64,000 nt of DNA from an uncultured Gemmatimonadales bacterium (GTDB lineage: Bacteria > Gemmatimonadota > Gemmatimonadetes > Gemmatimonadales > GWC2-71-9): positions 192,001-256,000 of the forward strand of contig CAVSQW010000006.1 of assembly GCA_963730185.1 (NCBI GenBank), read 5' to 3'. The notes beneath the pieces were generated by a model that was given only the letters and a program-made list of their open reading frames with translations, was not told where the DNA came from and made no database searches. A program made the translations under genes and the position numbers. Below, piece after piece: positions 30,672-41,047 of the stretch. Within the stretch, counting starts at the first letter, position 1; the number at the start of each line of letters is the position of its first letter.

Positions 30672-31187
30672 CTACATCGACGTTTCGTCGGCGGTCGGAC
30701 CGTAGACGGACGGCAACGGGACGTTCCTGAGCCGAAGATACACGGTGAGCTGGCCACGGTGGTGAATCAGGTGGTTCATCACGAACGAGCGGAGCACCAC
30801 CACCCGAGGCATGGCCAAGACCGTCTGGCCGGCGCTCTTGAGGGTCCAGGTGACCAGGAAGTCCTCGTCCGAGGTGGCCTCGATCGCCTTCCGAGCCGCC
30901 TTGACGTTCTCGTCGAACAGAGCGAGCGCCTCGGCCGTGGTGGTGAACGAGGGCGTCTTCCATTGCTCGCCACCGGCCGGATTCAGGTCGAGCTCGGTGT
31001 CCTTGAGAGTGTAACCGGTCCAGGTCAGCAGGTTGATCACGTGGGCCGTCAGATCACCCAGTGAGAACGACTTGGCGTGCGGCTTCCAGGCGGCCTCCGC
31101 CTCGGGCACCCGGGCGACCACGTTCCGGGTGGTGGCCATTTCCTGATCGAACTCGGGCAGGACGGCTTGGGCCATCGACGTCGACAT
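30672..31187 (-). CDS. DinB family protein
   Basis: Motifs WKPHAKS, NHLIHHRGQLTVYLR, PSVYGPTAD. Confidence 0.9.
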   Translation of the reverse strand: MSTSMAQAVLPEFDQEMATTRNVVARVPEAEAAWKPHAKSFSLGDLTAHVINLLTWTGYTLKDTELDLNPAGGEQWKTPSFTTTAEALALFDENVKAARKAIEATSDEDFLVTWTLKSAGQTVLAMPRVVVLRSFVMNHLIHHRGQLTVYLRLRNVPLPSVYGPTADETSM

Positions 31188-31297
31188 GGTACCCCTCCGG
31201 CTGAGACGGACATGGATGCGCTGGTCCAGGCGCCAGCGTCAGGGATACCGAACATATCCCGAAATAGCGGCTCTCACAAGCATCCCCGGCCGAATCG

Positions 31298-31939
31298 TTA
31301 CCCCGACGGCCCCGGCCCGCCCGCCGGCCGCCGCCGCCGCGCCAGCACCGCCCGCACCTCGGCGAGCGACCCCCCAACCGCGTGCACCGCGACCAGCGCG
31401 TGGTAGAAGAGGTCGGCGGCCTCCTCGACCGTCCGCTGCCGGTCGGCATCGGCCGCGGCGGCCACCAGCTCGGCCGCCTCCTCGCCGATCTTCTTGAGCC
31501 GCTTGTTCCGGTTCCGCCAGAGCTCGGCCGTGTAGCTCGCGGTCTCCGCCCCTGACGCCGCACCCGCGATCCGCTCGGCGATGGTGAAGTCGAGCCAATC
31601 GAGCGCATCGAGCCGCTCGGCCGGGCCGAAGCAGGACACCTGACCGGTGTGGCAGGCGGGGCCGGCCGGCTCCACCCGGGCCAGCACCGCGTCGCCGTCG
31701 CAGTCGGGCGCCAGCGACACCACCCGCTGCACGTTGCCGCTGGTGGCGCCCTTGTGCCAGAGCCCTCGTGACCGGGAGCGGTAGTGCATCTCCCCGGTCT
31801 CGAGGGTCCGTTCCAGGGCCTCGCGGTCGGCGTGGGCCACCATCAGCACCTGGGCGCTCCGGGCGTCCTGGGCGACGACCGTCACCACGCCGTTGCCCTT
31901 GCTGAAGTCGAGCCCGTCCAGATCGAGACTGACCGTCAT
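31298..31939 (-). CDS. hisIE: Phosphoribosyl-AMP cyclohydrolase / phosphoribosyl-ATP pyrophosphatase
   Basis: Motifs [29 protein letters not shown]. Confidence 0.95.
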   Translation of the reverse strand: MTVSLDLDGLDFSKGNGVVTVVAQDARSAQVLMVAHADREALERTLETGEMHYRSRSRGLWHKGATSGNVQRVVSLAPDCDGDAVLARVEPAGPACHTGQVSCFGPAERLDALDWLDFTIAERIAGAASGAETASYTAELWRNRNKRLKKIGEEAAELVAAAADADRQRTVEEAADLFYHALVAVHAVGGSLAEVRAVLARRRRPAGGPGPSG

Positions 31940-32709
31940 GCCGGCACTCCCAGGGCCGAGCGGACCGGGCCCGCCAACAGGTCGTTGGTGGCGATGCTGT
32001 CACCGCCGAAGGGCGTCACCCGTCCCTGCCAATCGGTGAAGACGCCGCCCGCCTCTTCGATCACCGGCACCAGCGCAGCCGCGTCCCAGGGGTTCATCTT
32101 GTCGTCCACCATGGCGTCGGCCCGGCCGGTGGCCACCAGCAGGTAGCCGAAGCAGTCGCCCCAGGTGCGGACCACCCTGACCCGGGAAGCGAGCGCCCGC
32201 CAGGCCTCACGGCGGTCGGGCCGGTCGGGAAATCGCTCGTCGGTGGTCAGGAGAGTCGCCGCCTCGACCGCCGCGATGGCCGAGACCCGGGCCCGGACGC
32301 CGTTGCACCAGGCCCCTTCGCCGACGGCGGCCGCGATCAGCTGGCCCGCGGCGGCGCAGTGCACGGCGCCCGCCAACACGGTATCGCCCTCGAGCAGCGC
32401 CACCAGGGTGCCCCAAAGCGGGGCTCCGGCGACGAAGCTCTTGGTGCCGTCGATCGGATCGATCAGCCAACGATAGCTCGCGGTGCCGGCCGTCTCGCCC
32501 ATCTCCTCACCCGCCACCGCGTGGTCCGGAAAGCGCCTCGCGATCCAGTCGCGGGCGGCCTGCTCGGCGGCGCGGTCGGCGACGGTCACCGGGCTCCCGT
32601 CGCCCTTCCACTCCACCTCGATCGGCCGCCCGAAGTGGCGGAGGGCCACGTCGCCCGCGACCTGGGCGACGTCGGTGACCGCTTCGAGCCAACGCTCCGC
32701 TTGGTTCAC
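31936..32709 (-). CDS. hisN: Histidinol-phosphatase, IMPase family
   Basis: Motifs [21 protein letters not shown]; his operon context. Confidence 0.9.
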   Translation of the reverse strand: MNQAERWLEAVTDVAQVAGDVALRHFGRPIEVEWKGDGSPVTVADRAAEQAARDWIARRFPDHAVAGEEMGETAGTASYRWLIDPIDGTKSFVAGAPLWGTLVALLEGDTVLAGAVHCAAAGQLIAAAVGEGAWCNGVRARVSAIAAVEAATLLTTDERFPDRPDRREAWRALASRVRVVRTWGDCFGYLLVATGRADAMVDDKMNPWDAAALVPVIEEAGGVFTDWQGRVTPFGGDSIATNDLLAGPVRSALGVPA

Positions 32710-33467
32710 CAGGTCCTCCGGGTGGGGATGCCGGCCGCCGCCATGCTCCGCTTGAGGTCGCCGACCGTGGTGACGCCGTCGTGCACGATTCCCGCGACCA
32801 GCGCCGCCTGGGCGCCGCCGGTGGTGAGGGCCGCGATCACGTGGTCCGCGCCGCCCGCGCCGCCCGACGCGATGACCGGCACCGGGGCGGCCTCCGCGAT
32901 GGCCCGGGTGAGCTCCAGATCGTAGCCGCTTCGGACCCCGTCGCGATCGATGCTGGTGACCAGGAGCTCGCCGGCGCCCATCGCGGCGGCCCGCGAGGCC
33001 CACTCCACCGCGTCGAGCTCGGTGGGCTGATGGCCACCCCGAGTATACACCCGCCATCTGGTGCCGTCGCGCGCCGCGTCGATGCTGACCACCACGCACT
33101 GGGCCCCGAACCGGGCCGCGGCCTCGGAGATCACCTCGGGCCGGTCCGCCGCGGCCGAGTTGAGGCTCACCTTGTCGGCGCCGGAGCGGAGGGCCCGGCC
33201 CACGTCGTCGGCCGTTCGGATCCCGCCGCCGATGGTGAGCGGGATGAAGAGGCGCTCGGCTGTCGCCCGGGCCTGCTCGAGCAGGGTGGCCCGCTCCTCC
33301 GCGGTCGCCGAGATGTCGAGGAAGACGACCTCGTCGGCGCCTTCCCGCTCATAGCGGGCCGCCAGCTCGGGCGGGTCGCCCAGATCGCGCAGGTTCTTGA
33401 ACTGGACCCCTTTCACCACCCGTCCCGCCTTGACGTCGAGGCAGACCACCAGCCGCTTGGCGATCAT
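32706..33467 (-). CDS. hisF: IGP synthase cyclase subunit
   Basis: MIAKRLVVCLDVK...VVKGVQF; TSIDRDG. Confidence 0.95.
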   Translation of the reverse strand: MIAKRLVVCLDVKAGRVVKGVQFKNLRDLGDPPELAARYEREGADEVVFLDISATAEERATLLEQARATAERLFIPLTIGGGIRTADDVGRALRSGADKVSLNSAAADRPEVISEAAARFGAQCVVVSIDAARDGTRWRVYTRGGHQPTELDAVEWASRAAAMGAGELLVTSIDRDGVRSGYDLELTRAIAEAAPVPVIASGGAGGADHVIAALTTGGAQAALVAGIVHDGVTTVGDLKRSMAAAGIPTRRTW

Positions 33468-33997
33468 CGGCGCACCTGGACCTCGCCTTTGGTCGACCGG
33501 ATCCGGTCGGCGGGACGGGCCGCCTGGCTCAACGCCCCACCCAGGGCCTTGAACCCGGCTTCGACGACGTGGTGACGGTCGCTCCCGCGGATCACCCGGA
33601 GGTGGAGCGTGGCCCGGGCGTGATCGGCGAACGACCGCATCCAATGGTCGTAGAGCGAGCTCGGCAACGGGCCCTCGTAGTAGGGCCGGCCGCCGGCGTC
33701 GAGGGCGCACTCCACCAGGGCGTCGTCCATCGGGACGACCCGGTGGCCGTACCGGACCCGCGGCCCGGCGGCGGCCTCGGCGTACCCGGCGCCGAAGGCG
33801 ATCGCGGTATCCTCGATCACGTGATGGCGGAGGTCGCCCCGGGCGTGGAGCCGGAGTCCGAACCCGGCGTAGCGGGCCAGCGTCTCCAGCATGTGGGTCA
33901 GGAACCGGTAGGGGGTGTCGACCTCGATCGGGCCGCCCTCCAGCGCCAGGTCCACCCGGATGGTGGTCTCCTTCGTCTCCCGCACGATGCTGCTCAT
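33464..33997 (-). CDS. hisB: Imidazoleglycerol-phosphate dehydratase
   Basis: Motifs RETKET, HHVIED, PMDDAL, HHVVEAGFK. Confidence 0.95.
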   Translation of the reverse strand: MSSIVRETKETTIRVDLALEGGPIEVDTPYRFLTHMLETLARYAGFGLRLHARGDLRHHVIEDTAIAFGAGYAEAAAGPRVRYGHRVVPMDDALVECALDAGGRPYYEGPLPSSLYDHWMRSFADHARATLHLRVIRGSDRHHVVEAGFKALGGALSQAARPADRIRSTKGEVQVRR

Positions 33998-34707
33998 TGC
34001 CCGAACTCCTCGGCCGCCGCCCGAGGGTCGAGCGAGCCGGTATAGAGTGCCATGCCGATGACCGCGCCGGCGGCGCCGGCCCGATCGAGGTCCCTCAAGT
34101 CCGCCAGGCTCCGAATCCCGCCCGACGCCAGGAGGGGAAGCTCGGTCGCCACCCGGACCGCGTGCATCAGCTCGAGATCCGGTCCCTCCAACCGTCCTTC
34201 GACGTGCACCGCCGTGACCAGCACGCCGGCCAATGGCAGCCCCCGAAGCCGGGTCATGAGATCCAGCACGTCGAGACCGGCCCCAGCGGTCCAGCCCCGG
34301 ACCACCACCTCGCGGCCGCGGACGTCGGCGGCCACCACGATCCGGCCCGGGTGCCTCGTGGCGAGGCCCTCGAGCCACGACGGATCCTGCACCGCCCGGG
34401 TCCCGACCACGGCGGTCGACGCACCGCGACCCAGCAGGTCCGTGACCCGCTCGGTGGTGGCCAGACCTCCCCCGACCTGAAAGCTCAGGCCGTCGAGCCT
34501 CACCAGGGCATCGATCACCGCGCCGTTCTCGCCCCGGCCGGTGGCCGCGTCGAGGTCCACGACGTGGAGCTTTCCGAAGCCGAGCTCGCGCCAGCGGGTC
34601 GCGGCGGCGACCGGATCGGGGAGCCGGATCCGCTCGTCGGCGAAGTCGCCGCCGACCAGCTGCACGCAGGCGCCGTCGCGGAGGTCGATCGCCGGCATCG
34701 CGATCAT
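33994..34707 (-). CDS. hisA: ProFAR isomerase
   Basis: Motifs PAIDLRDGACVQL, HVVDLDAA, ASGG. Confidence 0.95.
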   Translation of the reverse strand: MIAMPAIDLRDGACVQLVGGDFADERIRLPDPVAAATRWRELGFGKLHVVDLDAATGRGENGAVIDALVRLDGLSFQVGGGLATTERVTDLLGRGASTAVVGTRAVQDPSWLEGLATRHPGRIVVAADVRGREVVVRGWTAGAGLDVLDLMTRLRGLPLAGVLVTAVHVEGRLEGPDLELMHAVRVATELPLLASGGIRSLADLRDLDRAGAAGAVIGMALYTGSLDPRAAAEEFGQ

Positions 34708-35297
34708 CCGCCCATCTCCTCGAGAAAGCCCCGGATCAGGGCGACACCGGCCGACGAGCTCTTCTCGGGGTGGAACTGGACGCCGAGCATCCGGCCGGTC
34801 CGAATCGCCGCCGGGAAGCGGTCGCCTTCGTACTCCGTCCAGGCGACCACCGTGCTCGGGTCCTCGGGGCGGCAGGCGAAGCTGTTGGCGTAGTAGCCCC
34901 AGTGGAGCCCGGCCCGGACGAAAGCCGGGTCGTCGCTGGCGATCTCGTTCCAGCCGATTTCGGGCAGGCGGGCCGCGGCGAGCCGGGTTACCGAGCCGGC
35001 CACGACGGCCAACCCCCGCCCGGGACCCTCCTCGCTGGCCTCGAAGAGGAGCTGCATCCCGAGGCAGATCCCGAGGCAGGGCAGCCCGCCCACCAGGGCG
35101 CGGCGCATCGCCTCGAGCCCCGGCGCCAGCCGAGCCGCCGCCGGCGGGAAGGCGCCCACCCCGGGCAGGACCAGCACGTCGGTCTCGGCGGCGCGGGTGG
35201 GGTCGGTCTCGACCACCGGCTCGGTGCCGACGGCGGCCACCGCCTTGGCGAGCGAGTGGAGGTTGCCGGCGCCGTAGTCGAAGATGGTGATTCTCAT
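34704..35297 (-). CDS. hisH: IGP synthase glutaminase subunit
   Basis: Motifs DYGAGNL, PGVGAF, GICLGMQ, QFHPEKS. Confidence 0.95.
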   Translation of the reverse strand: MRITIFDYGAGNLHSLAKAVAAVGTEPVVETDPTRAAETDVLVLPGVGAFPPAAARLAPGLEAMRRALVGGLPCLGICLGMQLLFEASEEGPGRGLAVVAGSVTRLAAARLPEIGWNEIASDDPAFVRAGLHWGYYANSFACRPEDPSTVVAWTEYEGDRFPAAIRTGRMLGVQFHPEKSSSAGVALIRGFLEEMGG

Positions 35298-36340
35298 CGG
35301 GGAAGCTCGCCCAGCGCGCGGGCAACCCGTTCCATGACCGGGATCGGCCCGACCGTGATCCGGAGCAGGTCGCCCACGTGAGGCAGGTTCCGGAAGGCGC
35401 GGACCCCGAGCCCGCGCGCCGCCAGGTGGCGCGCGGCCGCCGGCGCATCGGGCACGGGCAGGCCCACGAAATTCGCCGCGGATTCCAGCGGGGCGAGCCC
35501 CAGGTCGCGGAGCGCACCGACCAGCCAGGCCCGGGCCTCGAGCACCTGAGCCACGATCCCGGCCAGCCACGCCCGATCGTGCCGGACGGCGGCCGTCGCC
35601 GCCCGCTCCGCCAAGGCGTTGACCTTGTACGGCCCGCGGGCCTTTTCCAGCTCCTCGATCAGCGCGGCCGAGCCCACCGCATAGCCGACCCGGAGGCCGG
35701 CCAGGCCCCAGGCCTTGGAGAAGGTCCGAGTCACCAGCACGTTCCCCCGCCGGGCGGCCTCGCCCACCCGCGAGACCCCGGCGAACTCGGCGTAGGCCTC
35801 GTCCAGGATCACCAGCCCCGGCGCCCGGTCCAGGAGTCGGTCCAGCGCCCCGGCCTCGGTCAGCGTGGCGGCCGGATTGTTGGGCGAGGCGAGATAGATG
35901 AGCGGCGCGCCCGTGGCGAGCATGGCGTCGACGTCGGGCTGGAAGTCGGGCCGGACCTGGACCGGCACCGGCCGGAGCGAGTTGGCCCGGGCAAAGTGGG
36001 CCGTCATCACGAAGGTCGGGGCCGCGAACGCCACGGTGCTCCCCGGATCGACGAAGGCGCGCATGGTGGAATCGATCAAATCGTTCGATCCGCACCCGGC
36101 CAGCACCTGACCCGGCTCCACTCCCAGCCACTCGGCGATCGCCTGCCGGAGGGGCGCGGTCGTGAGGGTCGGATAGCGCGAGGGGTCGTCGGTCCACTCC
36201 CGCACCGTGGCCAGGGCCGACGGCGCGGTGCCGAACTGGTTGGTGTTGTCGCCCAGGTCGACCTCCACCGGAACGGCGTCGTTCCGGTAGACCGCCAGGT
36301 CGCGATACGCCGCTCGGGGCGCAAAGATCCGTTCCGTCAT
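35294..36340 (-). CDS. hisC: Histidinol-phosphate aminotransferase
   Basis: Motifs SPNNP, DEAY, RTFSKAWGLAGLRVGY. Confidence 0.95.
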   Translation of the reverse strand: MTERIFAPRAAYRDLAVYRNDAVPVEVDLGDNTNQFGTAPSALATVREWTDDPSRYPTLTTAPLRQAIAEWLGVEPGQVLAGCGSNDLIDSTMRAFVDPGSTVAFAAPTFVMTAHFARANSLRPVPVQVRPDFQPDVDAMLATGAPLIYLASPNNPAATLTEAGALDRLLDRAPGLVILDEAYAEFAGVSRVGEAARRGNVLVTRTFSKAWGLAGLRVGYAVGSAALIEELEKARGPYKVNALAERAATAAVRHDRAWLAGIVAQVLEARAWLVGALRDLGLAPLESAANFVGLPVPDAPAAARHLAARGLGVRAFRNLPHVGDLLRITVGPIPVMERVARALGELPR

Positions 36341-37644
36341 CGCAACGTCTCCCAATAGCGGGCCGCGCTCGCGTGCCCCGGTAGTCCCTCCGCCTCGGCC
36401 AGCAGCGCCACGTCGGCGGCCAGCGCCGCGGCGGCGGCCGGGCTCACCGTCTGGATCGAGGTCCAGCGGACGAAGTCCTCGGGGCCGAGTCCCGAATAGG
36501 CGCGGGCCAGGCCGCCGGTCGGGAGCACGTGATTGGCGCCCGTCAGGTAGTCGCCGAACGGGACCGAGCTGGCGACGCCGACGAAGACCGCCCCCGCGTT
36601 CCGGAGAAGCGGCGCGACGGCCTCCGCCTGGTCCAGCGCCACCAGAAGGTGCTCGGCGGCGTAGCGATTGGCGAACTCGATCGCCTCGTCGACGGTCTCG
36701 GTCCGCAGCAGGCCGCCGGCCGCCGCCAACGACTCGAGCACCACCGCCGACCGGGGCGCCTCGGCCGCCAGGGTGGCCAGCTGGGCCTCGATCGCATCCG
36801 CCAGCGCGGCGGGTCCGATCACCACCGCCACCGAGGCGGCCCGGGGATCGTGCTCGGCCTGCGCCACCAGCTCCCGCGCGACCGCCTCGGGGGGGGCCGA
36901 CCGGTCGGCCAGAATCAGAACTTCGCTCGGGCCGGCGGGACCGTCGATCCCCACCAGGTGCGCCACCTGGAGCTTGGCCTCCATGACCCAGGCGTTCCCG
37001 GGGCCCACGATCCGGTCGACCCGCGGCACGCTCGCGGTGCCGAGGGCCATGGCCGCGATCGCGCCGGCGCCACCCAGGGCGAACACTCGGTCGACCCCGG
37101 CCAGCTGGGCCGCCGCCAGCACCAGATCGTGGGGCCGGCCGGTCCGGTCCGGTGGCGAGCAGAGGATCACCTCGGCCACGCCTGCCACCCGGGCCGGCAC
37201 GGCGGCCATCAAGACCGAGCTCGGGTAGGCCGCCCGCCCGCCGGGGGCGTAGATCCCGACCCGGCCCACCGGATCGGGCCGCCGAACCAGCCGGACGCCG
37301 GGCTCCGGCTCCACGCTGCGCGCCTCGGGCATCCAGGCCCGGTGGGCGGTCTCGAGGTTCCGGGCGGCCCGCTCGAGCGCGGCCCGAACCGTCGGCGGCG
37401 TTCGGGCCAGCGCCTCTCGGCACGCCGAGCGCGGCACCTCGAGCGTCGCCAGGGTCGCACCATCGAGTCGGCGAGCCAGTTCGACCAGGGCGTCGTCGCC
37501 AGAGGCGCGCACCAGTTCGACGATGTCCGCCACCGTGCCGCGGATGGCCTCTCCACCGGGCAGCACCCGGTCGAACAGCCGCCGGCGGGTTTCGGCGTCG
37601 AGCTCACCGACCGCGCCGCGGAAGGCCAGGGTGACGCCGCTCAT
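36337..37644 (-). CDS. hisD: Histidinol dehydrogenase
   Basis: Motifs YPSSVLM, GPGN, AGPSE, QAEHD, GANHVLPT. Confidence 0.95.
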   Translation of the reverse strand: MSGVTLAFRGAVGELDAETRRRLFDRVLPGGEAIRGTVADIVELVRASGDDALVELARRLDGATLATLEVPRSACREALARTPPTVRAALERAARNLETAHRAWMPEARSVEPEPGVRLVRRPDPVGRVGIYAPGGRAAYPSSVLMAAVPARVAGVAEVILCSPPDRTGRPHDLVLAAAQLAGVDRVFALGGAGAIAAMALGTASVPRVDRIVGPGNAWVMEAKLQVAHLVGIDGPAGPSEVLILADRSAPPEAVARELVAQAEHDPRAASVAVVIGPAALADAIEAQLATLAAEAPRSAVVLESLAAAGGLLRTETVDEAIEFANRYAAEHLLVALDQAEAVAPLLRNAGAVFVGVASSVPFGDYLTGANHVLPTGGLARAYSGLGPEDFVRWTSIQTVSPAAAAALAADVALLAEAEGLPGHASAARYWETLR

Positions 37645-38504
37645 GGCAGGAGCCGCTCGATCCGGGTGACCAGGATTCCCTCGCCACCTAACGACTTGAT
37701 CCCGGCGATCGCGCGGTCGAGCTCGACCGCCGGCACCACGGCGTGGACGGCCACCATCCGCCCGCCGTTCAGGATGTCGACGACCGTGGGTCCGTTGAGC
37801 CCGGGGAGGACGGTCTTGATCCGCTCGAGCTCCGCCCGGGGCACGTTGGCCATCACGTACCGCTGGCCCCGCGCCCGCACCACGGACTCCAGCTGGATCA
37901 CCAGCCGATCGAGCGCCGCGATTCGCTCCGGCGAACCGTTCGCCCGGGGGCCCGCCACCAGCCGGGCCGACGACTCGAACACGGTGACGATCTCGCGGAG
38001 CCCGTTGACCTTGAGGGTCGAGCCGGTCGACACCAGGTCTACGATCAGGTCGGCGATCCCCAGGTGCGGGGCGATCTCGGTGGCGCCGGAGACCGGCACC
38101 ACGTCGACCGGGCGGCCCAGTTTCTCGAAGAATCTCCGGGTGGCTCGCGGAAAGACGGTCGCCACCCGGGCCCCGCTCGGGATGTCGTCCAGCGACTCGA
38201 TCCCGCTCTCCTCCCGCGCCGCCACCACCAACCGGCACCGGCCAAAGCCCAGATCCAGCCGTTCGACCAGGTCCCGACCCGATTCCGTCACCAGGTCGAG
38301 CCCGGTGACCCCGGCGTCGGCGGCCCCGTCGGCCACGAACTCGGGAATGTCCTGGGCCCGGACGAAGATCGCCTCGGATGACGAGCCCAGGGTGGCGATC
38401 AGGGCGCGCTCGTTCTGGATCCGGACGCCGAGGCCGGCGTCCTCGAAGAGTCCCCGGGCCTCGTCCGCCATCCGGCCCTTGTTCGGCAATGCCACTCGCA
38501 ACAT
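37641..38504 (-). CDS. hisG: ATP phosphoribosyltransferase (long form)
   Basis: MLRVALPNKGR, DLVSTGSTL, plus C-terminal regulatory domain. Confidence 0.95.
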   Translation of the reverse strand: MLRVALPNKGRMADEARGLFEDAGLGVRIQNERALIATLGSSSEAIFVRAQDIPEFVADGAADAGVTGLDLVTESGRDLVERLDLGFGRCRLVVAAREESGIESLDDIPSGARVATVFPRATRRFFEKLGRPVDVVPVSGATEIAPHLGIADLIVDLVSTGSTLKVNGLREIVTVFESSARLVAGPRANGSPERIAALDRLVIQLESVVRARGQRYVMANVPRAELERIKTVLPGLNGPTVVDILNGGRMVAVHAVVPAVELDRAIAGIKSLGGEGILVTRIERLLP

Positions 38505-38526
38505 GTCGTCCGCTCGCGATCCTGGG

Positions 38527-38558
38527 AAAACGAAAGGCCCGTCCACTCGGGACGGGCC
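38527..38558 (-). terminator. his attenuator terminator
   Basis: GGCCCGTCC-CGAGT-GGACGGGCC followed by TTTCGTTTT, just upstream of hisG. Confidence 0.85.
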
Positions 38559-38598
38559 GGAGGCGCTGGGAGAGCGCCGGTGTGGTCGAACCTGACCG

Positions 38599-38676
38599 CT
38601 AGCCGCGCCCGCGCTCCCGACCCCGGCCCGAGAGGCCGTGGCGATGATGCCCGTGGTGGTGCAGCGATCCGTTCAT
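38599..38676 (-). CDS. hisL: His operon leader peptide (25 aa)
   Basis: MNGSLHHHGHHRHGLSGRGRERGRG*, six His codons in an 8-codon span. Confidence 0.85.
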   Translation of the reverse strand: MNGSLHHHGHHRHGLSGRGRERGRG

Positions 38677-38684
38677 GGGCGACG

Positions 38685-38713
38685 AAGCTAGCCTCGGGCG
38701 GGAAGGCGGTCAA
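38685..38713 (-). promoter_or_regulatory. his promoter
   Basis: TTGACC-N17-TAGCTT-N8-ATG. Confidence 0.65.
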
Positions 38714-38976
38714 GGCGCGGGAACGGGAAGGGTGACGCCCACCGGAAACCGAGGAGAAACCGATGAGCCCCACCACAAGCTGAGGCCGATCCCGCACCGC
38801 AGCTGCCGTCGTCGGACACGAACGCCCGGCAAGGCGTCCGACCGCCGGCGGCTCCCTTCCCGGGCAGTATGATCTAGGACGTCCCAAAGTGTCGAAAGGT
38901 TGCACGGGCCGGCCTTGCCGGGGTTGCCTGTGACCCGGCAGGGACCTAACGTGAGCCGGAACCCGGAGGTCCACCA

Positions 38977-39711
38977 ATGTGGCGATTGCGCACCGCCGGG
39001 GTCATGGCGGCGATCGCGCTCCCGGCCACCCTGGCCGCCCAAGCCCCCCTGGTCGGCACCGTCACCGACGCGACCTCCGGTCAGCCGATCGCCGGGGTCG
39101 AGTTGACCATCGAGCAGTGGGGTCTCCACGCCACGAGCGACTCTGCGGGACACTATCGGATCGTGCTCCCCGGCGGCGTCTACCAATTCCGGGCTCGGAA
39201 GATCGGCTACCAACCGGAGACCCGGATCCTGAACGTGGTGGTGGCCGACACGATTCACCTCGACCTCACCATGACGATCGCGCCCGTCCAACTGCCCGAG
39301 CTCACCGCCAAGGCCGTTTGGGACATGCGGTACCGGTCGGAGTTCGAGCAGCGGGTCAAGGAGGGGTTCGGCCATTTCCTCACGCCCGCACTGCTCCGGA
39401 AGAACGAGCATCGGACGCTGGCCTCGCTGATCCAGGCGGCGGCGCCCGGCGCCCACGTGATCCACCGCGGCGGACGGGCCTACGCCCGCGGGCGAAAGGG
39501 CTGCCCGATGGCGGTCTGGATCGACGGCATCATTCAGTACCTCCCGTCGATCGGCGGGTCGGCCGGGTTCGCGCCCCCTGATCTGAACGAGTGGCCGGTC
39601 GAGGAGATCGAAGGCGTGGAGGTCTACGTCGGCCCGACCGAGACCCCGGCCGAGTACAACCTGACCGGCTCGGATTGCGGCGTGCTGCTGATCTGGACCC
39701 GCCACCGCTGA
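38977..39711 (+). CDS. Carboxypeptidase-regulatory-like domain plus TonB plug-like protein, paralog 1
   Basis: Signal peptide; GTVTD...GQPIAGV; C-terminal IEGVEVY...CGVLLIWTR. Confidence 0.8.
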   Translation: MWRLRTAGVMAAIALPATLAAQAPLVGTVTDATSGQPIAGVELTIEQWGLHATSDSAGHYRIVLPGGVYQFRARKIGYQPETRILNVVVADTIHLDLTMTIAPVQLPELTAKAVWDMRYRSEFEQRVKEGFGHFLTPALLRKNEHRTLASLIQAAAPGAHVIHRGGRAYARGRKGCPMAVWIDGIIQYLPSIGGSAGFAPPDLNEWPVEEIEGVEVYVGPTETPAEYNLTGSDCGVLLIWTRHR

Positions 39712-39856
39712 CCACGTCCGAGTGCCAGGCGCGCGTCCGGCCGCCGCTGGTGTCCGCTGGCTACCCAATCCCGGCGAACTGTCCAATCGACCAAGGCGTT
39801 GCGCCCCGACCATCCCGACCCTTAACGTGGTTCGGTCGTGAGTGGGAAGAGGCTGT

Positions 39857-40588
39857 ATGCGGGTTACCAGCGTGGCCCTGGCCGCCCTCGCGGTCGCGGC
39901 CCCCATCGCCGCCGCCGCTCAGGCTCCCCTGGGCGGCACCGTTCGCGACGCCCAGTCCGGCCGGCCGCTGGATGGCGTCGCCGTCACCATCGACCAGTGG
40001 GGCCTGGCCGCCACGACCGACTCGAGCGGGCGATACCGGCTCGTCGTCCCAGGGGGCGAATACGAGATCGAGGTTCGCCGGATCGGTTACCGGCCCGAGG
40101 CCCGCCTGCTGTCCGTCGTGGTCCGGGACTCCATTCCGCTCGACGTCGCGCTCTCCCCGCAACCGGTGGAGCTCCCCGAGCTGGTCGCCGTCGCCGAGGC
40201 CCGGAACCGGTTCTGGGCGCCGATCGAGGAGCGAATCCGGCACGGTATCGGCAACTACTTCACGGAGGACATCCTCGGGAAATCGGAGAACCGGCGGTTC
40301 AGTGACCTGCCCCAGACTCGGGTCGCGGGGCTGTCGGTCCAGCGGAGGGGCAGCAAGTCGGTCGCTCTCGGCCGCGGCGGCTGCCCGATGGCCATCTGGG
40401 TCGACGGTCTCAGGATCTGGGCGCCGACCACGCTGGGCCAGCCGACCCCGCCGCCGGACCTCGATCAGTGGCAGCCCGCCGACTTGCAGGTGGTGGAGGT
40501 CTACGTCGGCACCGCGCGGACCCCGATGGAGTTTCAGGTCACGGGGTCGGCGTGCGGCTCGCTGGTGATCTGGACCCGCCACCGCTGA
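39857..40588 (+). CDS. Carboxypeptidase-regulatory-like domain plus TonB plug-like protein, paralog 2
   Basis: Same architecture; shared GCPMAxWxDG and IWTRHR. Confidence 0.8.
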   Translation: MRVTSVALAALAVAAPIAAAAQAPLGGTVRDAQSGRPLDGVAVTIDQWGLAATTDSSGRYRLVVPGGEYEIEVRRIGYRPEARLLSVVVRDSIPLDVALSPQPVELPELVAVAEARNRFWAPIEERIRHGIGNYFTEDILGKSENRRFSDLPQTRVAGLSVQRRGSKSVALGRGGCPMAIWVDGLRIWAPTTLGQPTPPPDLDQWQPADLQVVEVYVGTARTPMEFQVTGSACGSLVIWTRHR

Positions 40589-40594
40589 GGGTCT

Positions 40595-41047
40595 CTAGCC
40601 TTCCACCAGCCGGGCCAGCTCCGCGAGCACCCGCTTCTGTCCCTTGGGATCGCGGGTCGCGATGAAGATCGTATCGTCGCCGGAGATGTTGCCGAGGATG
40701 TCGGGCCAGGCCAAGCGGTCGAGCGCCACGCCCACTCGGTTGGCTTCACCCGGGGGTGTGTGCACCACGATCAGCACCTCGCCGGCCGGTGAGTAGGCCA
40801 GCACGCCCTCGACGATCCGCTGCTCGTCCAGGTCCGTCCGGGGCGGCCGGGTCAGGGCGGACCGCTTGTAGGCCCTCTCCACCTTGACCAGCCCCAGGCT
40901 CGCGATGTCACGGCTGACCGAAGGCTGAGTGACCTCCCACCCCTCGCGGGCCAGCGCGTCCGCCAGCTCCTCTTGGGTGTGGATCGCGTGCGTCTCGATC
41001 AGCTCGAGGATCTTGAGCTGCCGCTGACGGCGATCCTTCCTGATCAT
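40595..41047 (-). CDS. argR: Arginine repressor
   Basis: Motifs TQEEL, VTQPSVSRDI, TPPGEA, GDDTIF. Confidence 0.95.
   Translation of the reverse strand: MIRKDRRQRQLKILELIETHAIHTQEELADALAREGWEVTQPSVSRDIASLGLVKVERAYKRSALTRPPRTDLDEQRIVEGVLAYSPAGEVLIVVHTPPGEANRVGVALDRLAWPDILGNISGDDTIFIATRDPKGQKRVLAELARLVEG

Noticed and set aside
38944..38950. ACCTAAC as an isolated attC R'' box
   Set aside because: No complementary arm or core follows; it overlaps a likely -10 element.
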